A stretch of DNA of 64,000 bases from the NCBI GenBank assembly GCA_050916045.1, contig CP051526.1, forward strand, positions 1,792,001-1,856,000. The letters run 5' to 3'. Shown here piece after piece: positions 31,777-41,078 of the stretch (positions are counted from its first letter, which is position 1; every line of letters starts with the position of its first letter). The notes under the pieces were generated by a model. It was given only the letters and a program-made list of their open reading frames with translations. It had not been told where the DNA came from and did not search any database. Position numbers and translations under genes: made by a program. This stretch comes from Tepidisphaera sp. Lineage in GTDB: Bacteria > Planctomycetota > Phycisphaerae > Phycisphaerales > UBA1924.

Positions 31777-33894
31777 ATGCGGCTGCTCACTCGCAAAATC
31801 CACCGGGCGTTTCCGGAGCTTGACTCCTACGACGATGAGCACTGCGAGCGGTTCATCAAGTCCGCGCGGAGCAATCCGTGGGTCATGCTGCTGCACACCG
31901 GGGTGATCCTCGCGGTGACGCTCCCGCTGCTCCTGCTGGGGATCATCGGGGCGGCGTGGCTTTCGGAAAAGTGGCGTGTCTTTGAGTACGGCGATGTGCT
32001 GACGTGGCGGCTCCTGATGTGGCTCCCCACGGGGGGGCTCGTGCTGATGGTGGGGCCGGTGGCGGGTTACATCGTGCGGGATCTCTTGCTGCGGCGTCGG
32101 ATTGTGTTCGTGCTGCGGACGCGGGGCGGGTGCCCGGGGTGCGGGTACTCGGTGATCGGGCTGGCGGTCACGCAGCGCGAGGATGGGCACTCGGTCGTGA
32201 GGTGCCCGGAGTGCGGAGCCGAGGTCGAGGTGGATGCTTCGCTTGCCGAACTGGCGCGGGCGGGCCAGGAGGGCGTGGACCCTGCGGCGGTTGTCGCGGG
32301 CGGCGGGGGGAGTGGCGGTGGTGGTGGGGGGGGGGCGACGGGGCGCGTGTTCATCGAGGGGCAGAAGCTCGAACTGCAGGTCTTCTGGACCGCCAAACGC
32401 AAGCGGCTGGTCCGGTGCGTCGTGCTCACGCTGCTGACCGTGGTTGTGGGCGGCGGCGTGCTCACGCTGAGCATCAACGAGGCCATGACGCGATGGACGG
32501 CCTCGACCGCGCGGAGCGAGATGGCCGAGACACGAGCCAAGCTCCGGTCCCTCGCGGCGGCGATGGGCAACCCGGCGGGTGCGGCGGCGGCGACGGCGAG
32601 CAGCGGGGCGTCCGTGTGGGAGCGGCTCGTTCGAGCCCGCGTCGTGATCGACGACGTCGACCGTCTCGTCTGGCGCGACCAGCCGAACCCCAGCGGCAAC
32701 TGGGTCTATCCGGAGTTCGCGTTCATCGAGCGGCCTGAGATGATCGATCCGGACCCCAAGGGCGTCTACAGCTCGCACGAAACGCCCGAACAGAACCGGG
32801 CTTCCGAAGCCCTCGCCCGGCGGATGCTGAGCGAATACGCGAAAGCCGGCGTCTTCGACACCCTCGCTCAGGCTGCGGGGTCGAACGCGCTGGCTCCGCC
32901 CGATTCGGAGTTTGACGAAGAACCGAGGGCGTTCCCCGGGCAGGACCGCGTCACGGCCGTTCGCGTGCTCATGCGGATGCTCCGCGGACGGATGGCCGTC
33001 GCGGCCGAGCGCGGGGACAAAGCCGACTTCATCGCGTCCATCGATGCGCTCATGGCGATCTCTCGGGCGTGCGCGGCCTATCCGCGCGGGTTCGAACAGC
33101 TGTTGGCCGCCGCGAGCGAGAACTCGGCGGCGTCGGGCGTGCGGCTCTGGCTCCTCCCGCCCAAGGGCAGGCCGCGGCCGGATCTTTCGTGGATCCCCGA
33201 GGTGCAGGCGGCGCTCGAGCGAGGTCGGCCGCAGTTGCAGTTCGCTTCCGCGCTGGATGGGGACCGGCTCTGGGCCGACCTCTCGGTGCAGGCGTATTTC
33301 TCGACGCCGGAGAACTTCCGCTGGGGCCGCCTTTCCACCCCCTTCCGCTCGCAGATCGCAAGCAAGCAGAACTGGCGGGAGCTCATCGAGACCCTCATGA
33401 AGACCCGGCTGGGCACGTACCGCGAGAACATGACCGAGCTCGACGCGTTCTACACCTCGTTCATCCCGGCTGTGACGGCCGAAGGCGCGAACCGCCAGGC
33501 GCCCTTTGCTTCAAGCCCGCCGCCCGAGCTCGGCCTCCTGCGCGGGATCGCGGGCTCGCCGTACTACATCGCGGCGATCGACGAGACGCACGCAAGCCGC
33601 CGCGGCACGGACCTCTGGCTCGCAATCGAGCGATTCCGCATGGAGACCGGCGCGTATCCCGACAAGCTCCTCGATCTGGTGCCCGGGTTCATCTCCGCGA
33701 TCCCCGCAGACCCGTGGTCCGGCGGCTCGCCGATGTACAGGCGGCTCCAGACCCCCGACGAACTCGGCCGTGGGTTCCTGCTCTACTTCGTGGGCAAGGA
33801 CCTGAGCGATGAAGGCGGATCCGGCGGCCCCACCTCGACGCCGTGGGTGGCCGGAGCGGCCCGCGACTTCGTCGTGAACGATCCGTCGAGATAG
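31777..33894 (+). CDS. Membrane protein: TM helices + zinc ribbon + Gly linker + large domain ending in a pseudopilin (GspG)-like C-terminal motif
   Basis: CPGCGYSVIGL...CPECG; LAIERFRMETGAYPDKLLDLVPGFISAIPADPWSGG...FLLYFVGKDLSDEGG. Confidence 0.7.
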   Translation: MRLLTRKIHRAFPELDSYDDEHCERFIKSARSNPWVMLLHTGVILAVTLPLLLLGIIGAAWLSEKWRVFEYGDVLTWRLLMWLPTGGLVLMVGPVAGYIVRDLLLRRRIVFVLRTRGGCPGCGYSVIGLAVTQREDGHSVVRCPECGAEVEVDASLAELARAGQEGVDPAAVVAGGGGSGGGGGGGATGRVFIEGQKLELQVFWTAKRKRLVRCVVLTLLTVVVGGGVLTLSINEAMTRWTASTARSEMAETRAKLRSLAAAMGNPAGAAAATASSGASVWERLVRARVVIDDVDRLVWRDQPNPSGNWVYPEFAFIERPEMIDPDPKGVYSSHETPEQNRASEALARRMLSEYAKAGVFDTLAQAAGSNALAPPDSEFDEEPRAFPGQDRVTAVRVLMRMLRGRMAVAAERGDKADFIASIDALMAISRACAAYPRGFEQLLAAASENSAASGVRLWLLPPKGRPRPDLSWIPEVQAALERGRPQLQFASALDGDRLWADLSVQAYFSTPENFRWGRLSTPFRSQIASKQNWRELIETLMKTRLGTYRENMTELDAFYTSFIPAVTAEGANRQAPFASSPPPELGLLRGIAGSPYYIAAIDETHASRRGTDLWLAIERFRMETGAYPDKLLDLVPGFISAIPADPWSGGSPMYRRLQTPDELGRGFLLYFVGKDLSDEGGSGGPTSTPWVAGAARDFVVNDPSR

Positions 33895-33944
33895 GAAAGC
33901 CAAGCGGCGATCGTCGGCCCCTTCGCGGTGTACTCTCCGCCGAC

Positions 33945-35024
33945 ATGGACCGACCCCGCACCAGTTCCGCTTTGGGCTCACTGCTCTCAAGAGCGGTCGC
34001 CAGACGCAAGCCTCTGCTGGAGGGCGTCGGGAAGTCCCCCGCCCCCGTCGGAGCGTGCCGCATTTTTTCCGGCGAAGCCGACGGCATGGACGGGGTCTTC
34101 ATCGACGTCTACCAAAGCGAGGAAGCCCGCGGCGCGGTGCTCATCGCCTACGAGGGCCGCGTGCCACGCGGGTTTGACGCCCACGCCGAAGCCGGGATCG
34201 TCCTTCGCGGCCTGCGCTCCCTCGACGTCACCGCCGTCTACGTCAAACACTTCGCCCGCGACCGTTCCAAGCTCGGAGGCGAACTTCCCCCCGAGGTCGC
34301 CGACCCTGTTCCCGCCGCCGGCGATCCGTTGCCCGAAGCGATGCTCGTCAGGGAGCACGGCTGGACGCTCGAAGTCCGCCTGTACGACGGCCTGTCTACG
34401 GGGATCTTCCTCGATCAGCGCGACAACCGGGCGTGGGTCGCGTCGTGGGTCGCCGCCCGCCGCAAAGCGTTCAACTCAACCCAGGTGTCCGTCCTCAATA
34501 CCTTCGCGTACACCTGCGCCTTCTCCGTCGCGGCGGGGACGGCGGGAGCCGCGACGACAAGCGTGGATGTTTCGCCCCGTTACCTCGACTGGGGCAAACG
34601 CAACTTCGCCCACAGCGGCATGCAAGCGGGCGTCGACGACGGCACGCACCGCTTTGCCCGCATGGATACCTTCGAATTCTTCGCGTACGCGGCTCGCAAG
34701 AAGCTCACGTACGACCTCATCATCCTCGACCCGCCGAGCTTCTCCGCGGGCTCCAAGAAGAAGGGGATCAAAGCCTGGAGCTCCGTCGACGACTATGCAC
34801 GCCTCGTCGGCGAAGCCGCCCGACTCCTCCGGCCGCGCGGAGCGATCTTCGCGTCCACCAACACCCATGAACTCTGCCGCCCCGGCCGCCTCGAACGCGA
34901 GATCCTCACCGGCCTCGAAAGCGTCGGCTACCGCGGCAAGCCGCACGGGATTACGCTCCCGCCGATGCCCATCGACTTCGCCGCCGATCGCGAGCGATTC
35001 GCCGCTCTTGCCTTCTTCATCTGA
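33945..35024 (+). CDS. Class I SAM-dependent rRNA methyltransferase (RlmI/RlmK-like)
   Basis: STGIFLDQRDNR, VLNTFAYTCAFS, VDVS, YDLIILDPPSF. Confidence 0.85.
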   Translation: MDRPRTSSALGSLLSRAVARRKPLLEGVGKSPAPVGACRIFSGEADGMDGVFIDVYQSEEARGAVLIAYEGRVPRGFDAHAEAGIVLRGLRSLDVTAVYVKHFARDRSKLGGELPPEVADPVPAAGDPLPEAMLVREHGWTLEVRLYDGLSTGIFLDQRDNRAWVASWVAARRKAFNSTQVSVLNTFAYTCAFSVAAGTAGAATTSVDVSPRYLDWGKRNFAHSGMQAGVDDGTHRFARMDTFEFFAYAARKKLTYDLIILDPPSFSAGSKKKGIKAWSSVDDYARLVGEAARLLRPRGAIFASTNTHELCRPGRLEREILTGLESVGYRGKPHGITLPPMPIDFAADRERFAALAFFI

Positions 35025-35118
35025 AGCTCATGGGTCCGATCCGTGTGCCTGAACGGTGCGGCCTGGTGGGTGTGGTGGGGGTGGCGGTGCTGCGGCGGCT
35101 CTGGTATGCTCCGACGCC

Positions 35119-36555
35119 ATGGAACCCGGCAAACGCGGACTTGAACTTCACTGGAAGGTGCTCATCGCCCTCGCGATGGGGATTGTCGTCGGCTCGCTCA
35201 TCGGCGAATACTGGACCGCCGAGACCTGGGCGAACTTCGGCGTGAAGGATTCCGCCCTGATGATGAAGGGCCTCGGCCGCGGCGAGGGAGAAGCCAACCA
35301 GGCCGCGGGGTTCCTCGCTCAGGCTCTTGTCTTTCTCGCCCTGGCCAACAAGTTCGTCGGTGACATCTTTCTGCAATCGCTGAAGTTCATCGCGGTGCCG
35401 ATCGTGCTCTTCAGCCTCATCGGCGCCGTTGCGGGCGTCGGCGATGTCCGCAAGATCGGCCGCATCGGATTCAAGACCCTGGCCTGCTTCCTCTTCACGC
35501 TTGTCGTCGCCGTCGCGATCGCGGTGGTCCTGGGCAAGGTCGTCGGCCCTGGAACCTACGTCGATCCCGAGACGCGTGCCCGCATCGTCGAGAAATTCGC
35601 CGGCGAAGCCGCCAAACGCGTCAACGCGGCCCACGCGGAGATGGCGGATGGAGGAATGATCTACTTCTTCAAGTATCTGATGGGGATCATCCCGAGCAAT
35701 CCCTTCGCGGCGATCTCGACCGCCACGATGATGCAGGTCGTGGCCTCGGCGTTTCTCTTCGGCGTGGGGCTCACGATGATCCCGCGTGAGAAAGCAGAGC
35801 CGGTGATCAGGTTCTGCGAGGGCGCGGCCGAAGCCATCATGGCCCTGGTTCGCATCATCATGAAGCTCGCCCCGATCGCGGTCTTCTGCCTCACGGCGCA
35901 GTTCGTCGGCGGCGTGGGCGTGGGGGCTTTGTGGAGCGTGCTTGTCTTCTGTCTTTGCGTCATCGGGGGGCTGGGCATCGTTCTGCTCGTTGAATACCCG
36001 CTTCTCATGCTCGCCGTCACGCCCAAGGGGAACAAGGTTGGGTACGGCAGGTTCTTCCGCGGGCTCGCCCCGGCGATGACGCTTGCTTTTTCCTCTTCTT
36101 CCTCGTCCGCGACGCTTCCTGTCACGATCCAGTGCGCCCGCGACAGGCTCGGCGTGCCGGAAGACATCGTCAATTTCGTCTGTCCTCTCGGCACGACGCT
36201 GAACATGGACGGAACAGCCCTCTATCAGGTGATCTCGGTCCTCTTCCTCGCGCAGCTTTACGGCGTGGATCTGACGCTCGGGCAGCACATCACGGTGGGA
36301 ATCATGGCGTGCGTGGTGGCGGTCGGGACGCCGGGGCTTCCGGGAGCGAGCGTTGTGATGATGGCGATCGTGCTCGAATCCGTCAAAGTCCCCACCGAAG
36401 GCATCGCCATTATCTTGGCTGTCGACCGAGTCCTCGACATGTGCCGAACGATCGTCAACGTCAGCGGCGACGCCGTAGCGTGCGTCGTCGTCGCGGGCAG
36501 CGAGGGAAGGCTGGGAAAGGAAGGCACGGGAGCGGAGTCAGAGTCACACGCTTGA
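35119..36555 (+). CDS. Dicarboxylate/amino acid:cation symporter (DAACS, GltP-like)
   Basis: AFSSSSSSATLP, PLGTTLNMDGT, DRVLDMCRTIVNVSGD. Confidence 0.94.
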   Translation: MEPGKRGLELHWKVLIALAMGIVVGSLIGEYWTAETWANFGVKDSALMMKGLGRGEGEANQAAGFLAQALVFLALANKFVGDIFLQSLKFIAVPIVLFSLIGAVAGVGDVRKIGRIGFKTLACFLFTLVVAVAIAVVLGKVVGPGTYVDPETRARIVEKFAGEAAKRVNAAHAEMADGGMIYFFKYLMGIIPSNPFAAISTATMMQVVASAFLFGVGLTMIPREKAEPVIRFCEGAAEAIMALVRIIMKLAPIAVFCLTAQFVGGVGVGALWSVLVFCLCVIGGLGIVLLVEYPLLMLAVTPKGNKVGYGRFFRGLAPAMTLAFSSSSSSATLPVTIQCARDRLGVPEDIVNFVCPLGTTLNMDGTALYQVISVLFLAQLYGVDLTLGQHITVGIMACVVAVGTPGLPGASVVMMAIVLESVKVPTEGIAIILAVDRVLDMCRTIVNVSGDAVACVVVAGSEGRLGKEGTGAESESHA

Positions 36556-36623
36556 GATCTGAAGTTCGAGATTTGGGATCTGAAATCTGAGATTTGAAAT
36601 TCGAGATTTCAAATTTCAAATCC
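36554..36623. repeat. Ten 7-bp tandem repeats (consensus GARATYT) that invert to form a hairpin
   Basis: GAGATCT GAAGTTC GAGATTT GGGATCT GAAATCT GAGATTT GAAATTC GAGATTT CAAATTT CAAATCC. Confidence 0.85.
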
Positions 36624-36643
36624 ATCCCCCAAATCCACCCCCA

Positions 36644-36682
36644 ACAAAGAAAGCGGGCCCCGACACACGCCGGGGCCCGCTT
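36644..36682 (-). terminator. Intrinsic terminator, possibly bidirectional
   Basis: 12-bp stem AAGCGGGCCCCG/CGGGGCCCGCTT followed by a U-rich tract on the minus strand. Confidence 0.7.
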
Positions 36683-36766
36683 CACATCTTGACAGAACCT
36701 GCTCTTGCTGACCTCTCAAGCACACGCGCTCATGCCGAGCCGGCCCATGTCCTGAGAGACGAGGCC

Positions 36767-38344
36767 TTAGCAGCCGGCCTCAAAGCCCGCCACGAACGCG
36801 TCGTAGTCAAAGAAGTCGACAAACCCGTCGAAGTTGAAGTCGGCGGTGCGGAACGACTCGCAAATCCCGCTCTCAAAGCAGCTCACGTACCCGTCGTAGT
36901 CGAAGAAGTCGACAAACCCGTCGCGGTTGAAGTCGATCGGGCACAGGCTGATGGGGTTCGAGTGGTCGAGCCACACGAACGAGAAGTCTCCATCGACCAG
37001 TTCCGTATCCTCGCCGAACGCGTTCCCGGGGTTCCCCAACACCAGCGCGCGGGCCTGGATCTCGAAGGAACCGTCCGGGTTGCCCTGATACGAGAAGAAC
37101 GCACGCCGGCCGATACCCTCGGTGCCCGGCTCGATGCCGCTGCTCTGCAGCATCAGGCTGCCGGTCTGGTCGGACTTGCCGGCGATGCTCAGGCGGTAGC
37201 GACCGGTCTCGAGGCGGGTGATCGTGTAGTTCGACGTGCCCGAAAGCGAGCTGCCCGTGGAACCGTCGATCCGCCCGGCGATCGCGTTGCTGGCGGAGTA
37301 CGGCACGTAGACGAAGTTGAAGCGGTAGTTCCCGGGGCCCTGGAGCTCCGAGGCGGAATCAAGCGACGTGCGGCGGTAGGTGATGTCCCAACCGGCTTCG
37401 CGGGGAGAAGCCACGACGTAGTCGGGGTTGTTCCCGTCCTGGTACGGCGAGGCGAGCAGCACGCCATCGGTCGCGCTGTTCACGCCGGGGAAGGACACGA
37501 AAGCCTCGCCGCGCTGGCCGCCGTTGTTGTCCCAGGTCACCACCGAAGTCGGAAGCCCCGGAGTCGCGGCAACCTGCCCGTCGCCCTCGACGAAAGACGT
37601 GCCCGGGCCGCCGCGAACGTAGGCCCCAATCCAACCTTCCACGAAGGGGAACCAGGCCGCCGCGCAGTCAAGCGACATTTCCTGATTGCCCGGCGTCCCG
37701 GCGTAGTGCATCGACAGGTAGAGCGAGCCCGCGCCGCTGCGGTGCGTGCCGTCGATCATGCTGTAAGAGCGCCCGGTGCGGAAGGTGTCCGCGGAGACGT
37801 TCGCCAGGCCGTAAAGCCGCCCGACGGGAACCCCGAACACGACGTCCTGATTGTCGCGACCGTTGGCGCGGACAGACATGGTGACGACGCCGTGGTACTG
37901 GTTGATCGACCACGCGTACGTGCGCAGCCCGCCGCCGTCGTTCGCGCCAGACACGGGGTCGCGGCCGTCGCGCAGGCGGACGAACTGATCCGGCGGGAAG
38001 CTCAGGGGGTTGTTGGGCTCGACCGGCGAGATGCTCGCGTCGATGTCACCCTCGTTGGTCCAGCCGCTGGTCCAGAGGTATGGGAACGGCCCGGAGCGAA
38101 TCGGGAAGACCTTCAGGGCCTGATCGCCCGTGTCGCTGTTGCCGTTCAGCGTGGTGCCCGCGGCGATCGAGACGTTGAGGTTCGCCGAAGTGACCGTGCG
38201 CGGATACGCGCCGGGCCCCTGCCACGGCTGCCCCGTCCGGGGATCGTCCCCACCGGGAATCACCACCGAGGGAATCGCGAGCTGGCCCATCGCGCTCCCC
38301 GCACACACCAAAAGAGCCGAAATCGACACAATCTGAGCCTTCAT
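36767..38344 (-). CDS. Secreted protein with C-terminal dockerin-like (GC-type) anchor
   Basis: Signal peptide; C-terminus CPIDFNRDGFVDFFDY...ADFNFDGFVDFFDYDAFVAGFEAGC. Confidence 0.85.
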   Translation of the reverse strand: MKAQIVSISALLVCAGSAMGQLAIPSVVIPGGDDPRTGQPWQGPGAYPRTVTSANLNVSIAAGTTLNGNSDTGDQALKVFPIRSGPFPYLWTSGWTNEGDIDASISPVEPNNPLSFPPDQFVRLRDGRDPVSGANDGGGLRTYAWSINQYHGVVTMSVRANGRDNQDVVFGVPVGRLYGLANVSADTFRTGRSYSMIDGTHRSGAGSLYLSMHYAGTPGNQEMSLDCAAAWFPFVEGWIGAYVRGGPGTSFVEGDGQVAATPGLPTSVVTWDNNGGQRGEAFVSFPGVNSATDGVLLASPYQDGNNPDYVVASPREAGWDITYRRTSLDSASELQGPGNYRFNFVYVPYSASNAIAGRIDGSTGSSLSGTSNYTITRLETGRYRLSIAGKSDQTGSLMLQSSGIEPGTEGIGRRAFFSYQGNPDGSFEIQARALVLGNPGNAFGEDTELVDGDFSFVWLDHSNPISLCPIDFNRDGFVDFFDYDGYVSCFESGICESFRTADFNFDGFVDFFDYDAFVAGFEAGC

Positions 38345-38414
38345 GATCTTCTCCCTGTCAGCACAAACAAGCCGCCATCGCGGGCACGCGACAGAGCACG
38401 CCCGTCGGGCGGTA

Positions 38415-39230
38415 TCAGCGTCTTGGATTGTTCATCCACCCGTAATACCGATTCTCGCTGCTCTCCATCATGTACCACGCTTCGCCCCCTCGGCCCGAAG
38501 TCGCGTACATGTCGTTGGCCTCGAAGTCCTCGCCTTCCTGCTCGCGTTCCAACAGCCCGGTCGGCGGCTTGAAGAGTTCCGTGCTGCCGTCAAGCATCGT
38601 GATGTGCCCGCCCTTCGCGTGCCGAAGCGAGATCTGGTCCCGATTCCCCCACCGGCCGTCGGGAATCTCCTCGTTGTACCAGTTCGTGCTCTCCTCCACG
38701 AAGATCGGCACCGACCGGAACGGCGTCAGGACCCGCACCGCCAGCGCGTTGTTGAGCACCAGCGTTCCGCCCGACGAAGGGTCCGTCAGGTACCCGATCC
38801 GGGTCGTCGTCGAGAGCTTCACTCCCTCCGCCCGCGCGACCATCGTGTAGTCAAAGTCGAGCGCCGTGCTGCCGTTCCACTGGTTGCGACCCTCGGAGAT
38901 CGAGATCCCCCGACGCTTGTTCTTCGGGCACTCCCCGGTCTTGTCCGCGTTGTTCAGGTACTCGTAGATCTTCCCAGGAACAGACAGATTGTTCTCGTTC
39001 TGCCTCGCCCAGATCGCCACAGGCGGGATCTGCTCCTTGAAATCCTGGGCATAAAGCGTGGACGCAAGTCCGAACTGACGAACATTCGACAGACAGATCG
39101 CCTGTTGGCCCGCTTCACGAGCCTTCCCCAAAGCCGGCAGCAGCAGGCCGATCAGCAACGCGATCACCGCAATCACCACCAGGAGTTCGATCAGCGTGAA
39201 GCCTCTCGGCCGACAGCGAATCATTGGCAT
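38415..39230 (-). CDS. Prepilin-type N-terminal cleavage/methylation protein with H-X9-DG motif (DUF1559-like)
   Basis: [40 protein letters not shown]. Confidence 0.88.
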   Translation of the reverse strand: MPMIRCRPRGFTLIELLVVIAVIALLIGLLLPALGKAREAGQQAICLSNVRQFGLASTLYAQDFKEQIPPVAIWARQNENNLSVPGKIYEYLNNADKTGECPKNKRRGISISEGRNQWNGSTALDFDYTMVARAEGVKLSTTTRIGYLTDPSSGGTLVLNNALAVRVLTPFRSVPIFVEESTNWYNEEIPDGRWGNRDQISLRHAKGGHITMLDGSTELFKPPTGLLEREQEGEDFEANDMYATSGRGGEAWYMMESSENRYYGWMNNPRR

Positions 39231-39445
39231 GACGAACTCTACCGCGCCCGCACGGGGCCGCGTCAATATCTCCGATGTGCCACGCTAATGTCAGATGAAC
39301 GAAGCGCATAGTTGTGGAGGAACGACCCCGCCGCTGGCCTCGATCATCAGGCAACTCCGACCAGCAGCGGGGGGACGTCGGGCGGGCTTGCGAGCTTCAT
39401 GATGCTAGAGCAAACCGAACCACGATCATTCCACATCGTGCGCCA

Positions 39446-40459
39446 TCACCCCTCCAGCGGCAGCGTGTCGGTGATGTTCTTCACCACCACATCCGTCGTG
39501 ACCCCCTCCGCCGCCGCTTCGAAATTCAGCATGAGCCTGTGCCGCAAGCTCGGCAGCGCGACCGCCCGGATGTCCTCGACCGAGACGGTCGGGCGGCCGT
39601 CGATCAACGCCCGGCACTTGGCCGCGAGCACGATCGTCTGCGCTGCACGCGGGCTCGCCCCGAGCCGCACGTACTTGTTGACCATGGGCGTCGCGAAGCT
39701 TTCGCCCGGATGGGTTCCAAGCACCATCCGCACCGCGTAGTCCTGCACGGTGGGGGCGATCGCCACCTGCCGCACGAGCTTCTGGTGCGCGATGATCCGC
39801 TCGGCCGTGAGCACCGACGCCACCTCGCTGTCCACGCCCGCCGTCGTCCGGTCCAGGATCGCCGACAGCTCCTCGCGCGTCGGTGAGCCCACGAGCACCT
39901 TGAAGAAGAACCGGTCCAGCTGCGCTTCGGGGAGCGGGTAGGTGCCCTCTTGCTCAACCGGGTTCTGCGTCGCCATCACGAGGAACGGCGAGGGGAGCGT
40001 GTGCGTCGTGCTGCCGACCGTCACGCTCCGCTCGGCCATCGCCTCGAGGAGCGCCGACTGCGTCTTGGGCGTGGCGCGGTTGATCTCGTCCGCCAGGACG
40101 ATCTGCGCGAAGAGCGGCCCCTTCTGGAACCGGAATTCGCGCTGCCGCTGCCCCTTCTCATCCTCAAACTCCGCGACGACCGTCGTCCCCGTGATGTCCG
40201 CGGGCATCAGGTCCGGCGTGAACTGCACGCGGCTGAACGTGAGCGACAAAGCCTTGGAAAGCGTGCGGATCAGCAGCGTCTTGCCCACGCCCGGAACGCC
40301 CTCGAGCAGCACGTGCCCGCCGACGAAGAGGCACGTCAGCACCCCCTCGACGATCGCCCCCTGGCCAACGACCGCCCGCCCGACCTGCTCCTTGACCGCG
40401 AGAAAGTCGCTGCGGAACTGGTCCGCGGCCGCCTTGGCTTCCTGTGGTGTCATGCTCAT
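39446..40459 (-). CDS. moxR: MoxR family AAA+ ATPase
   Basis: GHVLLEGVPGVGKT, QFTPDLMPADITG, DEINRATPKTQSALLEAM, ATQNPVEQEGTYPLPEAQLDRF. Confidence 0.94.
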   Translation of the reverse strand: MSMTPQEAKAAADQFRSDFLAVKEQVGRAVVGQGAIVEGVLTCLFVGGHVLLEGVPGVGKTLLIRTLSKALSLTFSRVQFTPDLMPADITGTTVVAEFEDEKGQRQREFRFQKGPLFAQIVLADEINRATPKTQSALLEAMAERSVTVGSTTHTLPSPFLVMATQNPVEQEGTYPLPEAQLDRFFFKVLVGSPTREELSAILDRTTAGVDSEVASVLTAERIIAHQKLVRQVAIAPTVQDYAVRMVLGTHPGESFATPMVNKYVRLGASPRAAQTIVLAAKCRALIDGRPTVSVEDIRAVALPSLRHRLMLNFEAAAEGVTTDVVVKNITDTLPLEG

Positions 40460-40480
40460 GCGGGGGGAGCGTAGGGGGGG

Positions 40481-40601
40481 AGGCAAATGGCCAAAGACCA
40501 AATGGACAAATTGCCAAAGTGGTGGTTCGGGTGCCGCCGCAACCCGCGCGCAGCACGCCCCCTTTGGCGATTTGACCATTTGGCTCTTTGGCCCTTGGTC
40601 C
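40481..40601. repeat. Inverted arms built of ~8-bp repeats (GGCCAAAT-like) around a 42-nt loop
   Basis: Left arm 40481-40519 AGGCAAAT GGCCAAAG ACCAAAT GGACAAAT TGCCAAAG; right arm 40562-40601 is its near reverse complement. Confidence 0.8.
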
Positions 40602-40663
40602 CCCCTCCCTCTCCCTGCGTAAACTCCCGAATTCCCCGTCCCTTCCCCTGAGGTCCCCGTCCC

Positions 40664-41065
40664 ATGCACATCAAGCCCATCGACCGCCAGAAGCACCCGG
40701 CGGTGATCGCGGTCAAGTTTCTCGCGAATGACTACGACGCCCTCGGCATGTCCGGCCCCGAAGTCACCGTGATGGCTTCCAAGACCCAGTCCATCATCGA
40801 AGCCGCCCTCGAGCACGGGATCGGCATCGAGCACGCCTGCGGCGGCGTCTGCGCCTGTTCCACGTGCCACGTCTACATCGAGAAGGGGGCCGACCGCCTC
40901 TCCGAAGCCACCGAAGCCGAGGAAGACCGCGTCGAGGAAGCCCCCGGCCTGCAACGCAACAGCCGGCTTTCGTGCCAGTGCGAGATTGTGAAGGATGGCG
41001 GCGAGCCGATCGTGGTCCGCATTCCGGCGTGGAACCGCAACGCGGTCAAGGAAGTCCCGCACTAG
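40664..41065 (+). CDS. fdx: 2Fe-2S ferredoxin (ISC/adrenodoxin type)
   Basis: EHACGGVCACSTCHV, SRLSCQ. Confidence 0.92.
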   Translation: MHIKPIDRQKHPAVIAVKFLANDYDALGMSGPEVTVMASKTQSIIEAALEHGIGIEHACGGVCACSTCHVYIEKGADRLSEATEAEEDRVEEAPGLQRNSRLSCQCEIVKDGGEPIVVRIPAWNRNAVKEVPH

Positions 41066-41078
41066 AGGTCACGGAGTG

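Noticed and set aside
31332..31796. Apparent repeat-rich N-terminal extension of RF3
   Set aside because: The ORF simply reads through the 21-bp array; the RF3 G-domain starts just after ATG 31331, which has its own -10-like hexamer
40460..41062. 201-aa N-terminal extension of MoxR
   Set aside because: Overlaps fdx antisense and the octamer repeat; MoxR homology begins at 40459
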